A DNA stretch of 64,000 nt from Macrostomum lignano (Eukaryota), in the NCBI GenBank assembly GCA_002269645.1, contig NIVC01001838.1, positions 168,242 through 232,241 of the forward strand. Direction: 5' to 3'. The notes below the pieces were generated by a model. It worked only from the letters and a program-made list of their open reading frames with translations. It ran no database searches and was not told the DNA's origin. Shown here piece after piece: positions 49,701-62,378 of the stretch. The stretch's first letter is position 1. Each line of letters opens with the position of its first letter. Made by a program: the position numbers and the translations under genes.

Positions 49701-52700
49701 AGAGAGCTCTTAAGACCCTGGGATCAAAAAGCAACATTTTTGACACCAAATGCACTAATTAATAACAAATCGTTCACTGCTTTTTTCAACTCAAGGCGAA
49801 TGGTCGTTCGGCAACACAATAAACGACATGCAAGTCAGCTGCCTGTGGTGCAACGATTACGTCATCACCGTATCGCTGGACGGCAGTTTGAATTTTCTAG
49901 ACCTGGCCAATCCCGGCAAGCCGACTGAGGTGATTGGCGGGCATAGCAAGCCAATCACAGCGCTGGACCGCAGCGCTGACGGTCGCACTCTGGTGACTGG
50001 CAGCACCGACGCTTCGCTTGTGATTTGGGACTCCGCTAGCGGCCGGATGCGCAGGGTGACGGGCCTGGCGCATAAGAACCAGATCCAGGCGCTGGCTGTT
50101 GACGCATCCGGTACCGTGTACTCGGTTGCTATGGACGACACTTTGCAGGTAAATCATTAGTCTTGCTACCAGTGCTCTGTTCACCAGTGTCTTCTGATCC
50201 TTCTGGATGTCCATCGATATCTTCTAATTCTTCTGGGTGTCCATCGATGTCTTCTAATCCTTCTGGGTGTCCATCGATGTCTTCTAATCCTTCTGGGTGT
50301 CCATCAGTGTTTTCTAATCTTTCTTGGTGTACATCAGTGTTGTCTGATCCTTCACGGTGTCCATCAGCGTCTTCTGATCCTTCAGGGTGTCCATCAGTGT
50401 TGTCTGATCCTTCACGGTGTCCATCAGTGTCTTCTGATCCTTCACGGTGTCCATCAGTGTCTTCTGATCCTTCAGGGTGTCCATCAGTGTCTTCTGATCC
50501 TTCTGGGTGTCCATCAGTGTTGTCTGATCCTTCACGGTGTCCATCAGTGTCTTCTGATCCTTCAGGGTGTCCATCAGTGTTGTCTGATCCTTCAGGGTGT
50601 CCATCAGTGTCTTCTGATCCTTCAGGGTGTCCATCAGTGTTGTCTGATCCTTCACGGTGTCCATCAGCGTCTTCTGATCCTTCAGGGTGTCCATCAGTGT
50701 TGTCTGATCCTTCACGGTGTCCATCAGTGTCTTCTGATCCTTCTGGGTGTCCATCGATATCTTCTAATCCTTCTGGGTGTCCATCGATGTCTTCTAATCC
50801 TTCTGGGTGTCCATCGATATCTTCTAATCCTTCTGGGTGTCCATCGATATCTTCTAATCCTTCTGGGTGTCCATCGATATCTTCTAATCCTTCTGGGTGT
50901 CCATCGATATCTTCTAATCCTTCTGGGTGTCCATCGATATCTTCTAATCCTTCTGGGTGTCCATCGATGTCTTCTAATCCTTCTGGGTGTCCATCAGTGT
51001 CTTCGGATCCTTCAGGTTGTCCATCAGTGTTTTCTAATCTTTCTTGGTGTCCATCAGTGTTGTCTGATCCTTCACGGTGTCCATCAGCGTCTTCTGATCC
51101 TTCAGGGTGTCCATCAGTGTTGTCTGATCCTTCACGGTGTCCATCAGTGTCTTCTGATCCTTCACGGTGTCCATCAGTGTCTTCTGATCCTTCAGGGTGT
51201 CCATCAGTGTCTTCTGATCCTTCTGGGTGTCCATCAGTGTTGTCTGATCCTTCACGGTGTCCATCAGTGTCTTCTGATCCTTCAGGGTGTCCATCAGTGT
51301 TGTCTGATCCTTCACGGTGTCCATCAGTGTCTTCTGATCCTTCAGGGTGTCCATCAGTGTTGTCTGATCCTTCACGGTGTCCATCAGTGTCTTCTGATCC
51401 TTCACGGTGTCCATCAGTGTTGTCTGATCCTTCACGGTGTCCATCAGCGTCTTCTGATCCTTCAGGGTGTCCATCAGTGTTGTCTGATCCTTCACGGTGT
51501 CCATCAGTGTCTTCTGATCCTTCTGGGTGTCCATCGATATCTTCTAATCCTTCTGGGTGTCCATCGATGTCTTCTAATCCTTCTGGGTGTCCATCGATAT
51601 CTTCTAATCCTTCTGGGTGTCCATCGATATCTTCTAATCCTTCTGGGTGTCCATCGATATCTTCTAATCCTTCTGGGTGTCCATCGATATCTTCTAATCC
51701 TTCTGGGTGTCCATCGATATCTTCTAATCCTTCTGGGTGTCCATCGATGTCTTCTAATCCTTCTGGGTGTCCATCAGTGTCTTCGGATCCTTCAGGTTGT
51801 CCATCAGTGTTTTCTAATCTTTCTTGGTGTCCATCAGTGTTGTCTGATCCTTCACGGTGTCCATCAGCGTCTTCTGATCCTTCAGGGTGTCCATCAGTGT
51901 TGTCTGATCCTTCACGGTGTCCATCAGTGTCTTCTGATCCTTCACGGTGTCCATCAGTGTCTTCTGATCCTTCAGGGTGTCCATCAGTGTCTTCTGATCC
52001 TTCTGGGTGTCCATCAGTGTTGTCTGATCCTTCACGGTGTCCATCAGTGTCTTCTGATCCTTCAGGGTGTCCATCAGTGTTGTCTGATCCTTCACGGTGT
52101 CCATCAGTGTCTTCTGATCCTTCAGGGTGTCCATCAGTGTTGTCTGATCCTTCACGGTGTCCATCAGTGTCTTCTGATCCTTCACGGTGTCCATCAGCGT
52201 CTTCTGATCCTTCAGGGTGTCCATCAGTTTTGTCTGATCCTTCACGGTGTCCATCAGTGTCTTCTGATCCTTCTGGGTGTCCATCGATATCTTCTAATCC
52301 TTCTGGGTGTCCATCAGTGTCTTCTGATCCTTCAGGTTGTCCATCAGTGTTTTCTAATCTTTCTTGGTGTCCATCAGTGTTGTCTGATCCTTCACGGTGT
52401 CCATCAGCGTCTTCTGATCCTTCAGGGTGTCCATCAGTTTTGTCTGATCCTTCACGGTGTCCATCAGTGTCTTCTGATCCTTCAGGGTGTCCATCAGTGT
52501 TTTCTAATCTTTCTTGGTGTCCATCAGTGTTGTCTGATCCTTCAGGGTGTCCATTAGTATCTTCTACTTCTTGTAGGTGTCCATCAGTGTCTTTGGATCC
52601 TTCAGGGTGACTATTAGTGTCTTCTAATCCTTCAGGGTGTCCATAAGTGTTTTCTGATCCTTCAGGGTGTCCATCAGTGTTGTCTGATCCTTCACGGTGT

Positions 52701-53609
52701 CCATCAGTGTCTTCTGATCCTTCACGGTGTCCATCAGTGTCTTCTGATCCTTCAGGGTGTCCATTAGTGTCTTCTGATCCTTCAGGGTGTCCATAAGTGT
52801 TTTCTGATCCTTCAGGGTGTCCATTAGTGTCTTCTAGGTGTCCATCAGTGTCTTTGGATCCTTCAGGGTGACTATTAGTGTCTTCTGATCCTTCAGGGTT
52901 TCCATCAGTGTCTTCCGATTCTTTAAGGTGTCCACCACGAATTTCTTCTGATCTTTTTGTTTGTCCACCACTCTATCTTATCCTATCAAGGTGTCTAGCA
53001 GTCCCCTCTTACCGTCCTTAAAGGGGTGTCCACCAGTGCGTTCCTATCATTCTGGGGTGTCCATAGGGCCATCACCTGCATTCCATCTATCAATTTCCTT
53101 CAGCCTCAGCTAGCTAGTTTCAGAGCAGCCACAGTTGCACTTGTCTTCCAAGTCTCAGCCCAGCTAAAAACAGTCAGACACCGTAGTTCAGCCAGATTTT
53201 GATGATGTATTCTAAAAATAGCTCCCTCAGTTCTACTGCCATGCACCGTGCAGCGTATTTTGGGCAGATAAGTTTTTGTTCTATAAAAGGCAACTTCGCC
53301 TCTAGCTAAATTAATACTATATTTGGACATTTTCTCTCGACTCTACTCTTCTTTTCGCCATTTATAGATGTGGGATTTAACTTAAGTCACATACTAAATT
53401 AGTACATGCATATCATTTTAAGACTTGTATGGTATCTTTTATTGTAACTTTTCAAAATGCTAATCAAGCAGACGGGTACGCAGGAAGCTGCAGGTCGTGG
53501 GAACCGCATCTGATTATGCAGTTAGTGCGTAATTAGTATGAGTATACTGTGATAGTGAGTAGATAGATAGATATATAGACAGACAGACAGATAAATAGAT
53601 ATAAAGATG

Positions 53610-53700
<91 letters not shown>

Positions 53701-53711
53701 GATAGATAATG

Positions 53712-53750
<39 letters not shown>

Positions 53751-53792
53751 GATGGATAGATAGATAGATGATGGATAGATAGATAGATAGAT

Positions 53793-53864
<72 letters not shown>

Positions 53865-53899
53865 GATAGATAGACAGATAGATAGATAGATAGATAGAC

Positions 53900-53931
<32 letters not shown>

Positions 53932-54051
53932 GATAGATAGATAGATAGATAGATGATAGATAGATAGATAATGGATAGATAGATAGATAGATAGATAGAT
54001 AGACAGATAGATAGATAGATAGATAGATAGATGATAGATAGATAGATAATG

Positions 54052-54101
<50 letters not shown>

Positions 54102-54102
54102 G

Positions 54103-54177
<75 letters not shown>

Positions 54178-54188
54178 GATAGATAGAC

Positions 54189-54220
<32 letters not shown>

Positions 54221-54239
54221 GATAGATAGATAGATAATG

Positions 54240-54297
<58 letters not shown>

Positions 54298-54298
54298 G

Positions 54299-54337
<39 letters not shown>

Positions 54338-54367
54338 GGATAGATAGATAATGGATAGATAGATAGG

Positions 54368-54412
<45 letters not shown>

Positions 54413-54484
54413 GATAGATAGATAGATAGATAGATATAGATAGATAGATAGATAGATAGATGATGGATAGATAGATAGATAATG

Positions 54485-54523
<39 letters not shown>

Positions 54524-54550
54524 GATGGATAGATAGATAGATAGATAATG

Positions 54551-54626
<76 letters not shown>

Positions 54627-57600
54627 CATGTAGATAGATAGATAGATAGATAGACAAATAGATAGATAAACAGAAGCAAATATAATTTTTAATTAATAAT
54701 TGTGTTGTATAGTCAAAATTAAGTAAACTATGCATCAGGGTTCTTAATTCGGTCAAATAAAAGTACGCTCGCATACTGCTGACAGTCAAGCACTGGACTG
54801 CTATAAGTACAATCAGTGCACCGCAGACCGGAAGATAGAGAGAGTGAGCAATGCGCCACTGTGCAATCAGCTGGGTATTTGAGGCTCGCGCACTGACCTT
54901 TGAAAAGCGTAAAACTTTAAGAAATTCAGTTTAGAGTCGCTTTAACTCGGTTGACTGATTAGATAGCGGCTTTTTTACTGCGAGCTTTGACAAATTTGCC
55001 TGTTGTCTTCTGCGATTCTCACCCATGCGGGTCCGTCCCCAAGGCGCAGAGACTGTACCTGACGATGAGATAGTCAAAGACAGCTGTGCACCCTGTATGA
55101 GCGTGCGCCTTGTTGCCGCGACGGTGGCAAATCAACAACAGTTCTTGTGCTTGACAACAGGTGTATAAGATCCGAGAATTTACCCGATGAAGAGTCGTTA
55201 CAGATGATGTATTCTAAAAATATAGATATACCCGTCGAACGTTTCACCCGGAATATTTCCCGGAATTTTGTGATCCGGGCCCGATTTTTAATTGATTTCC
55301 GGGTGAAGGCCCGGATCAGCTTTTTTGGCCCGGAACAGCCCCCTGTTCCGGAAAAAGATCCGGAAATATGATCCGGAAAATTTTCGGGAAAAGGAAAGCT
55401 GTTCCGGTCTGATTTTCCGGAATTTTTCACCCGGAACACTATGGAATTCTGGGTGTAGACCCGAATTTCAGTAGTGTTCCGGGTGAAAATGTTCCGGGTG
55501 AGATTTCGGGACTTGAGTCGGAATTCTCCAGTGATCCGGACCAAATGATCCGGAAAATTCACCCGGATCAGCTCCCCTGACCCGAATTTCAGCCAAGTTC
55601 CGGGCGAAGCTGATCCGGGAAAATTTCGGGACTTGAGTCGGAACTCCCTAGTGATCCGGACCAACTGATCCGGAAAATTCACCCGGATCAGCTCGCTTGA
55701 CCCGAATTTCAGCCAAATTCCGGGCGAAGCTGATCCGGGAAAATTTCGGGACTTGAGTCGGAATTCCCCAGTGATCCGGACCAAATGATCCGGAAAATTC
55801 ACCCGGATCAGCTCGCTTGACCCGAATTTCAGCCAAATTCCGGGCGAAGCTGATCCGGGAAAATTTCGGGACTTGAGTCGGAATCAATCCGGCATCCATT
55901 ATATAAGTTCCATGGGGATTTTGAGAGGAAGCCTCCGATGGAAAACCGCTGAATACAGACCCCAGCAAATGGCTATCCCATCAGGCAATCCCTGGCATCC
56001 ATTTGGTCAACGGCGCTAATTCCTCTTGGAAAGCGAGGGGTAATAAAGCCTCGAAATTGCAATGTGAATTGATCTGCTTTTCGGCGGCTCTGTAGCGTCC
56101 GTAATGTGAGGCTGAGCCCATCCTCCGTACAGGTGACAATTGAAAAATTGTTGCGCCCTGTTTGTGTGCGAGAGGTTTGACTTCCACTGGCATGTAGTCT
56201 ATCACAGCTGCTTAGTGTGTCAACGGGCTGAATGATTCTATCGTCATATTTGACGCTTAGAAGCATAAAATCAGCCAACCATATTGTTTGGCACAACTGG
56301 GTGTCTAGACGGAGACTGTGGCATGCTACTGTGATAAGCCCAAGATTTGGCTGCAAATCCGGTTCAATCATCCAGAATTCACCTGGATTCGTGTGCTAAT
56401 CCGGTTCACTCTCCCGGAATTCGCCCGGATTTGTGTGCTGATCCGGTTCACTCGCTCGGAATTGTGTGCTGATCCGGTTCACTCGCCCGGAATTGTGTGC
56501 TGATCCGGTTCACTCGCCCGGAATTGTGTGCTGATCCGGTTCACTCGCACGGAATTAGCCCGGATTTGTGTGCTGATCCGGTTCACTCGCCCAGAATTAG
56601 CCCGGATTTGTGTGCTGATCCGGTTCACTCGCCCGGAATTAGCCCGGTTTTGTGTGCTGATCCGGTTCGCTCGCCCGGAATTAGCCCGGATTTGTGTGCT
56701 GATCCGGTTCACTCGCCCGGAATTTAGCCCGGATTTGTGTGCTGATCCGGTTCACTCGCCCGGAATTAGCCCGGATTTGTGTGCTGATCCGGTTCACTCG
56801 CCCGGAATTAGCCCGGATTTGTGTGCTGATCCGGTTCACTCGCCCGGAATTTAGCCCGGATTTGTGTGCTGATCCGGTTCACTCGCCCGGAATTAGCCCG
56901 GATTTGTGTGCTGATCCGGTTCACTCGCCCGGAATTTAGCCCGGATTTGTGTGCTGATCCGTTCCACTCGCCTGGATCTCACCCGGAACAGTCACCGGAT
57001 TTTTTTTAGCGATCCGGGTCTATTTTCCGGAATTTTTCTTTTTGATCCGGAAATTTCGCCCGGATTCTGTAAACTTTCGTTACAGATCCGGAATTTCCAC
57101 CCGGATCAGATTGCATTACTGGAATAAGAAAAAATTCCGGGTGAACGCAAAAAATTCCGGGCGAAATTCCGGGTGAAAAGTTCGACGGGTATAGAGAATA
57201 GATATATAGAGAATAGAGAATAGATATATAGAGAATCCATCGATAGATTGATTGATTGATAGATAGATAGATTAGATAGATAGATAGATAGATACTGGTA
57301 GATAGATAGATAGATAGATAGATAGACAGACAGATAAATAGATAGATAGATTATATTGTATAGTCAATCTCTAGAGCGTTATGGACAAGCAAACATACAA
57401 ACCTTAGAGATTTAGTATATTTAGATTATATTGTATGGTCAATCTATCTATCTATCCATCTATCTATCTATCTATCTATCTATCTGTCTGTCTATCTATC
57501 TATCTATCCATCTATCTATCTATCTATCTATCCATCTATCTATCTATCTATCTATCTGTCTATCTATCTATCTATCCATCTATCTATCTATCTATCATCT

Positions 57601-57657
57601 ATCTATCTATCCATCTATCTATCATCTATCTATCTATCTATCTATCTATCCATCTAT

Positions 57658-57706
<49 letters not shown>

Positions 57707-57743
57707 CATCTATCTATCTATCTATCTATCCATCTATCTATCC

Positions 57744-57802
<59 letters not shown>

Positions 57803-57877
57803 CATCTATCTATCATCTATCTATCTATCTATCTATCTATCCATCCATCTATCTATCTATCTATCCATCTATCTATC

Positions 57878-57908
<31 letters not shown>

Positions 57909-59917
57909 CATCTATCTATCATCTGTCTATCTATCCATCTATCTATCATCTATCTATCTATCTATCTATCTATTTATCTATCTATCTATCTTATCTATCT
58001 TGCCTGATGACACAGGTAAAATAGGAAAGAAGTGCCTGTAAATGACAAAAAAAGTACGAGACGTCACGGTACAAGTCGCCAAAAAAGTCGTCACAGAGTC
58101 ACCTAAGAGTCACATTTTAGAGTTTTCTTTCCTGCTCTTACTCTGAATCGAGTCTGGGGCAGTAGATTCGTATCCAAGGCGTGCCGGAGTCGCTGAGTTG
58201 CGTCTGAAGCACATTTGCGTCGCTTGATGAATTTGAGTCCTTATCTCTAGCGAAAGTTAAGCGCCATACACAACGATTCTTGGACGACTCTTTCGCGACT
58301 TTTTTTACGATTCTGCAACTCGGGTGACACAATAGGTCGACCCAGAGTCGCTTAGAGTCACTTAGTAAGCGGTTTGCAATGATTTTTTAGCAATTCTTGT
58401 CACGGGTTAGTCTGGATCAAGGGGCGGCCCTCAAAGCCTCTCTATCTGGCCCTTGAGGTAAAAAAGTTTGCCCATCCCTAGTCTGGATAGCGATTTCCCG
58501 TGTTTTGAATAGACCAACAGGTTAAATTTCGTTTTGTCCGCGAACCCCTGACTCAACCCTCCTATGAGCTGTATAGATGATGAAGTGCAGGAATCTGACC
58601 ACGAATTGGCAATCGCTTGCCGCCTCCCAGGTGTCCAGCTCTGCGGACGCCGCTGTCCGCGCCGATTCGCCGGCGCCGCGCAAACTCGACAGCCAGCCAG
58701 TTGACGCCAGCGCCGCCGCCGACCTGGTGGCCATCGCCTGTCGCCAGCATCTGGTGTTGCTGCGCTCACCGGGCGCCGTTGTTGCCACGGTAGCCGCTTC
58801 GGCTCTGACCTGCTGCGCTTTGTCCCCGGACGGCGCCACTCTGGCAGTTGGCGGCGCCGACGCTAAGGCGCCAATTCGGTTGCTATCGACGCCTCAGCTG
58901 GCCGAGATTCAATCGGTGGCCGAGCACCAGGCCGAGGTGACGGCGCTGGCCTATTCGCCCGACGGAGCCAATTTGGCCGCCGGATTTGCCGACAGATACG
59001 TGCGCGTCTACTCCGTTGCCAATGGTTACGGGCTGGCTAACACTGAGGAATGGTGCTTCCACACGGCCAGGGTGAACTGTTTGGCTTGGACACATGACTC
59101 TAAATATTTGGCTACCGGTTCTCTGGACTGCTCCATCATTGTGTGGAGTCTGGACTCGCCTAGGAAGAGAATTGTGGCTAAAAGTGAGTGGCGTTATTGC
59201 TTTCTGGGTATTTTTGTATATATTAGTTACTTTGGCGTAACTTCACTAGCTGTTGGCTTTGGCATTAGCTTCAGTATTAGCTTTTGCATTAGCTTCAGTA
59301 TTAGCTTTGGCATTAGCTTCAGTATTAGCTTTTGCATTAGCTTCAGTATTAGCTTTGGCATTAGCTTCAGTATTAGCTTTTGCATTAGCTTCAGTATTAG
59401 CTTTGGCATTAGCTTCAGTATTAGCTTTTGCATTAGCTTCAGTATTAGCTTTGGCATTAGCTTCAGTATTAGCTTTTGCATTAGCTTCAGTATTAGCTTT
59501 GGCATTAGCTTTGCATTAGCTTCAGCATTAGCTTTTGCATTAGCTTCAGTATTAGTTTTTGCATTAGCTTCCATATTAGCTTTGGTATTAGCTTTGCATT
59601 AGCTTCAGTATTAGCTTTCGCATTAGCTTCAGTATTAGCTTGTCATTAGCTTCATTATTAGCTTTGTCATTAGCTTCAGTATTAGCTTGTCATTAGCTTC
59701 AGTATTAGCTTCAGTATTAGATTTTGCATTAGCTTCAGTATTAGTTTTTGCGTTAGCTTCAATATGAGGAAAACATCGGCAGTTATTACATCCATCCCAT
59801 CCCGCAGACGCCCACCCGATGAGTCAGATCACAAAGCTGACTTGGATTGACGCCAATCACTTGGTCTCAACTGGCCAAGACTCCAACATCAAGGTGTGGA
59901 ATGTGTCCTTCGACTAG
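46792..59917 (+). CDS. WDR1: WD repeat protein 1 / actin-interacting protein 1 (exons 46792-46804, 47759-47880, 48312-48980, 49796-50148, 58631-59183, 59808-59917); one-base frameshift at G run 48359-48362
   Basis: [17 protein letters not shown]...[12 protein letters not shown]; [23 protein letters not shown]; [15 protein letters not shown]; FYEGPPFKF; AHKGGIY; WD repeats up to [13 protein letters not shown]...IKVWNV. Exons sum to 1820 nt; adding 1 nt gives 606 aa, the usual WDR1 length. Confidence 0.96.
47950..48270 (+). repeat. 30-bp minisatellite (GAGTCTCTGATGAGTCTCTGCTATGATCTT)n
   Basis: WDR1 intron 2. Confidence 0.96.
49202..49440 (+). mobile_element. tRNA-derived SINE (second family) in WDR1 intron 3
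   Basis: A box AGCTCAGTGG, B box GGTTCGATTCC (49249-49259), body shared with 40140-40240, and a GT-rich tail. Confidence 0.75.
50165..52930 (+). repeat. 30-bp minisatellite (CCATCAGTGTCTTCTGATCCTTCAGGGTGT)n with ~780-bp higher-order repeat
   Basis: WDR1 intron 4; variant blocks recur 780 nt apart (e.g. 50821/51601, 51001/51781). Confidence 0.97.
53555..54670 (+). repeat. Degenerate (GATA)n microsatellite
   Basis: WDR1 intron 4. Confidence 0.97.
55231..57189. mobile_element. 1.96-kb non-autonomous TIR DNA transposon with subterminal CCGG-rich tandem repeats (CMC/EnSpm-like or TA-targeting IS630-Tc1-mariner group)
   Basis: TIR CCCGTCGAAC(G/T)TTTCACCCGGAAT at both ends, flanked by TA(TA); ~120-bp repeats x3 on the left (55500-55880) and ~39-bp repeats on the right (56390-56960); no transposase ORF. 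Confidence 0.85.
57240..58000 (+). repeat. (GATA)n at 57240-57350 and (CTAT)n at 57440-58000, in inverted orientation around a short spacer
   Basis: Direct inspection; the spacer is bounded by a 24-nt near-perfect direct repeat TAGATTATATTGTAT(A/G)GTCAATCT. Confidence 0.93.
58418..58480. mobile_element. 63-bp internally deleted hAT (Charlie-like) element
   Basis: 8-bp TSD GTCTGGAT at 58410-58417 and 58481-58488; right end AAAGTTTGCCCATCCCTA resembles Charlie-type termini. Confidence 0.65.
59240..59760 (+). repeat. 24-bp minisatellite (CATTAGCTTCAGTATTAGCTTT[G/T]G)n
   Basis: WDR1 intron 5. Confidence 0.96.
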
Positions 59918-60539
59918 ATCCATTTATTAAACAAATTTTTGCGCTTAAGCATATTTAAACTGGAACTGTTATGCTGGCAAAGTTTTTCTGTGACTACAGC
60001 AATCCAGATTCTATTGCTACTGAAGTTCATTAATTAATCAACGGTGGCCAGCTCTTGCTCACGTGTGCTACCCAGTGAGACTGTTGTTATTTATATCTAT
60101 TCAATATAATCCAGTTTTGCCAACCTATTTTATTGTTGTTAGTGTATTGTTGGCACTAGAGTACAAGTAATACTTGCATGCAATTCATTGTTACACGGCA
60201 AAGCCTTATTGTATTCATATCTATGAATATGTTTTCTGCAGACTGGGTCATTATTCAAGCCTAATTATAGTTCTTTATTTATACATTTACAGTAAAACTA
60301 TTTAAAAATCACTTTCTACTTCTGATAGATCGATTCTTGATCGATTTTTTCAACTTTTTACTAAATTATTCAATCAGTCAGTCGCTGTTTCTAAAAAATT
60401 AACAAATTCTCCAATTTTTGTTATAGTTGCACTATCGTTTGTTTGTTTAAATTCCGCCGCTATTAGTTGAAGTTTTTCAATAAACAAATCGGTTTTTATT
60501 AATCTGCTGACTTCTGTTTTTATTCTGATTTTTACTTAA

Positions 60540-61017
60540 GCCACCTAGTTTGGACACAGTTTGAGACAGGTGAGCTGAGACACATAGTTTGGGACATATG
60601 AGCTGAGACACCTAGTTTGAGACAGGTGAGCAGAGACACCTAGTTTGAGACAGGTGAGCTGAGACACCTAGTTTGAGACAGGTGAGCTGAGACACCTAGT
60701 TTGAGACAGGTGATCTGAAACACCTAGTTTGAGACAGGTGAGTTGAGACACCTAGTTTGAGACAGGTGATCTGAGACACCTAGTTTGAGACAGGTTATCT
60801 GAAACACCTAGTTTGAGACAGGTGAGCTGAGACACCTAGTTTGAGACAGGTGAGTTGAGACACCTAGTTTGAGACAGGTGATCTGAAACACCTAGTTTGA
60901 GACAGGTGATCTGAAACACCTAGTTTGAGACAGGTGAGTTGAGACACCTAGTTTGAGACAGGTGATCTGAAACACCTAGTTTGAGACAGGTGATCTGAAA
61001 CACCTAGTTTGAGACAG
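60540..61017 (+). repeat. 28-bp minisatellite (GAGACACCTAGTTTGAGACAGGTGAGCT)n between WDR1 and ETHE1
   Basis: Direct inspection. Confidence 0.96.
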
Positions 61018-61029
61018 TTGGCCCTGTTG

Positions 61030-61135
61030 GTGTGAATGCCAATTTTTGTGCGCAAGCCCCAAATTAATGTGGCCGAAAACCAGGGGTTCACGGCGCCAGA
61101 GCCAGACGTGCTTACCGCTGAGCAGCTCTGCCCCG
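61030..61135 (-). mobile_element. Truncated SINE head (49.2-kb family)
   Basis: The reverse complement AGAGCTGCTCAGCGGTAAGCACGTCTGGCTC...ATTTGGGGCTTGCGCAC matches 49202-49295. Confidence 0.7.
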
Positions 61136-61274
61136 ATTGCAAAGATCAAGGGCTGCGGCAGGACGCACCAGCTTGCTGTTAGATAAGCTTGGCTGGCAAA
61201 GCACTATAAATTAATAAAGGCACGAATTGTGGGCTCAACATTGCAGCCTGTGCTCAAAAACTGCCCTTGCCGCC

Positions 61275-62378
61275 ATGCGCCTGTTCCGCCCGCTCAGCCT
61301 CCTGCTTGCCACTCGGCGCTTCTGCTCAGGCGGAGGCGGCGGCAGCGGCAGCGATCGCATCATATTTCGTCAGCTATTCGAGCCTAAGAGTTGCACCTAC
61401 ACCTATCTGATTGGTTGCCAGGCAACGCGAAACGCTGTTTACATTGATCCGGTCATTGAAACAGCCGAACGCGATGCCAATTTGGTTAAGCAGCTGGGCC
61501 TGAATCTGGTGTACGCCATCAATACGCACCTGCACGCTGATCACGTGACTGGCACCGGCCGACTCAAAGCGCTGCTGCCTGGCTGTCGTAGCGTTATTTC
61601 CGGTGCTTACAAAGCCAGAGCTGATGTGCACATTGAGGACGGGACCAAGGTGAGATCTCCCGTTGTCAGCCTAGTCTCTGGGCTAAGATTAAGCCTACAG
61701 TAGAGTCTGCCACAAACAGTGCAGTAGAGTCTGCCACAAACAGTGCAGTAGAGTCTGCCACAAACAGTGCAGTAGAGTCTGCCACAAACAGTGCAGTAGA
61801 GTCTGCCACAAACAGTGCAGTAGAGTCTGCCACAAACAGTGCAGTAGAACCCCCCTTTGAATAGTTCCAGAGAGTTAGAAATAAATTTCTCAACAGCGCA
61901 GCGTTAATCATCACAAAGCGGAAGTTGCGCTTTTTGTCCTACTATCAGTAGCTTTCATCGCCCATTTTAACATCCGCAGATTGACTTTGGCCGACTGCAG
62001 CTGGAGACGCGGTCAACTCCCGGCCACACGGACGGCTGCCTCACCTACGTGTTGCACAGCCACGCCATGGCTTTCACAGGCGACGCGCTTCTCATTCGCG
62101 GCTGCGGCCGAACCGACTTCCAGCAGGGCTCGCCTGATCGCCTGTACGAGTCGGTGCACAGCCAGATATTCAGCCTGCCTGAGCACTACCTGCTCTATCC
62201 TGCTCACGACTATACGGGTCAGTCTGTCACCACCGTAGCCGAGGAGAAGAAATACAACAGCCGGCTGACCAAATCCAAAGCTGAATTCATCAATATTATG
62301 AATAACTTGAACCTGCCCTATCCTAAACAGATTGATACGGCCCTGCCGGCCAATATGATCTGCGGAATGCAGGACTGA
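61275..62378 (+). CDS. ETHE1: Mitochondrial persulfide dioxygenase (exons 61275-61649, 61980-62378; 257 aa)
   Basis: Mitochondrial-targeting-like N-terminus; [15 protein letters not shown]; MBL motif THLHADH; TPGHTDGC; [19 protein letters not shown]; YPAHDY; [10 protein letters not shown]...PAN. Confidence 0.96.
61695..61850 (+). repeat. 24-bp minisatellite (CAGTAGAGTCTGCCACAAACAGTG)n in the ETHE1 intron
   Basis: About 6 units. Confidence 0.95.
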
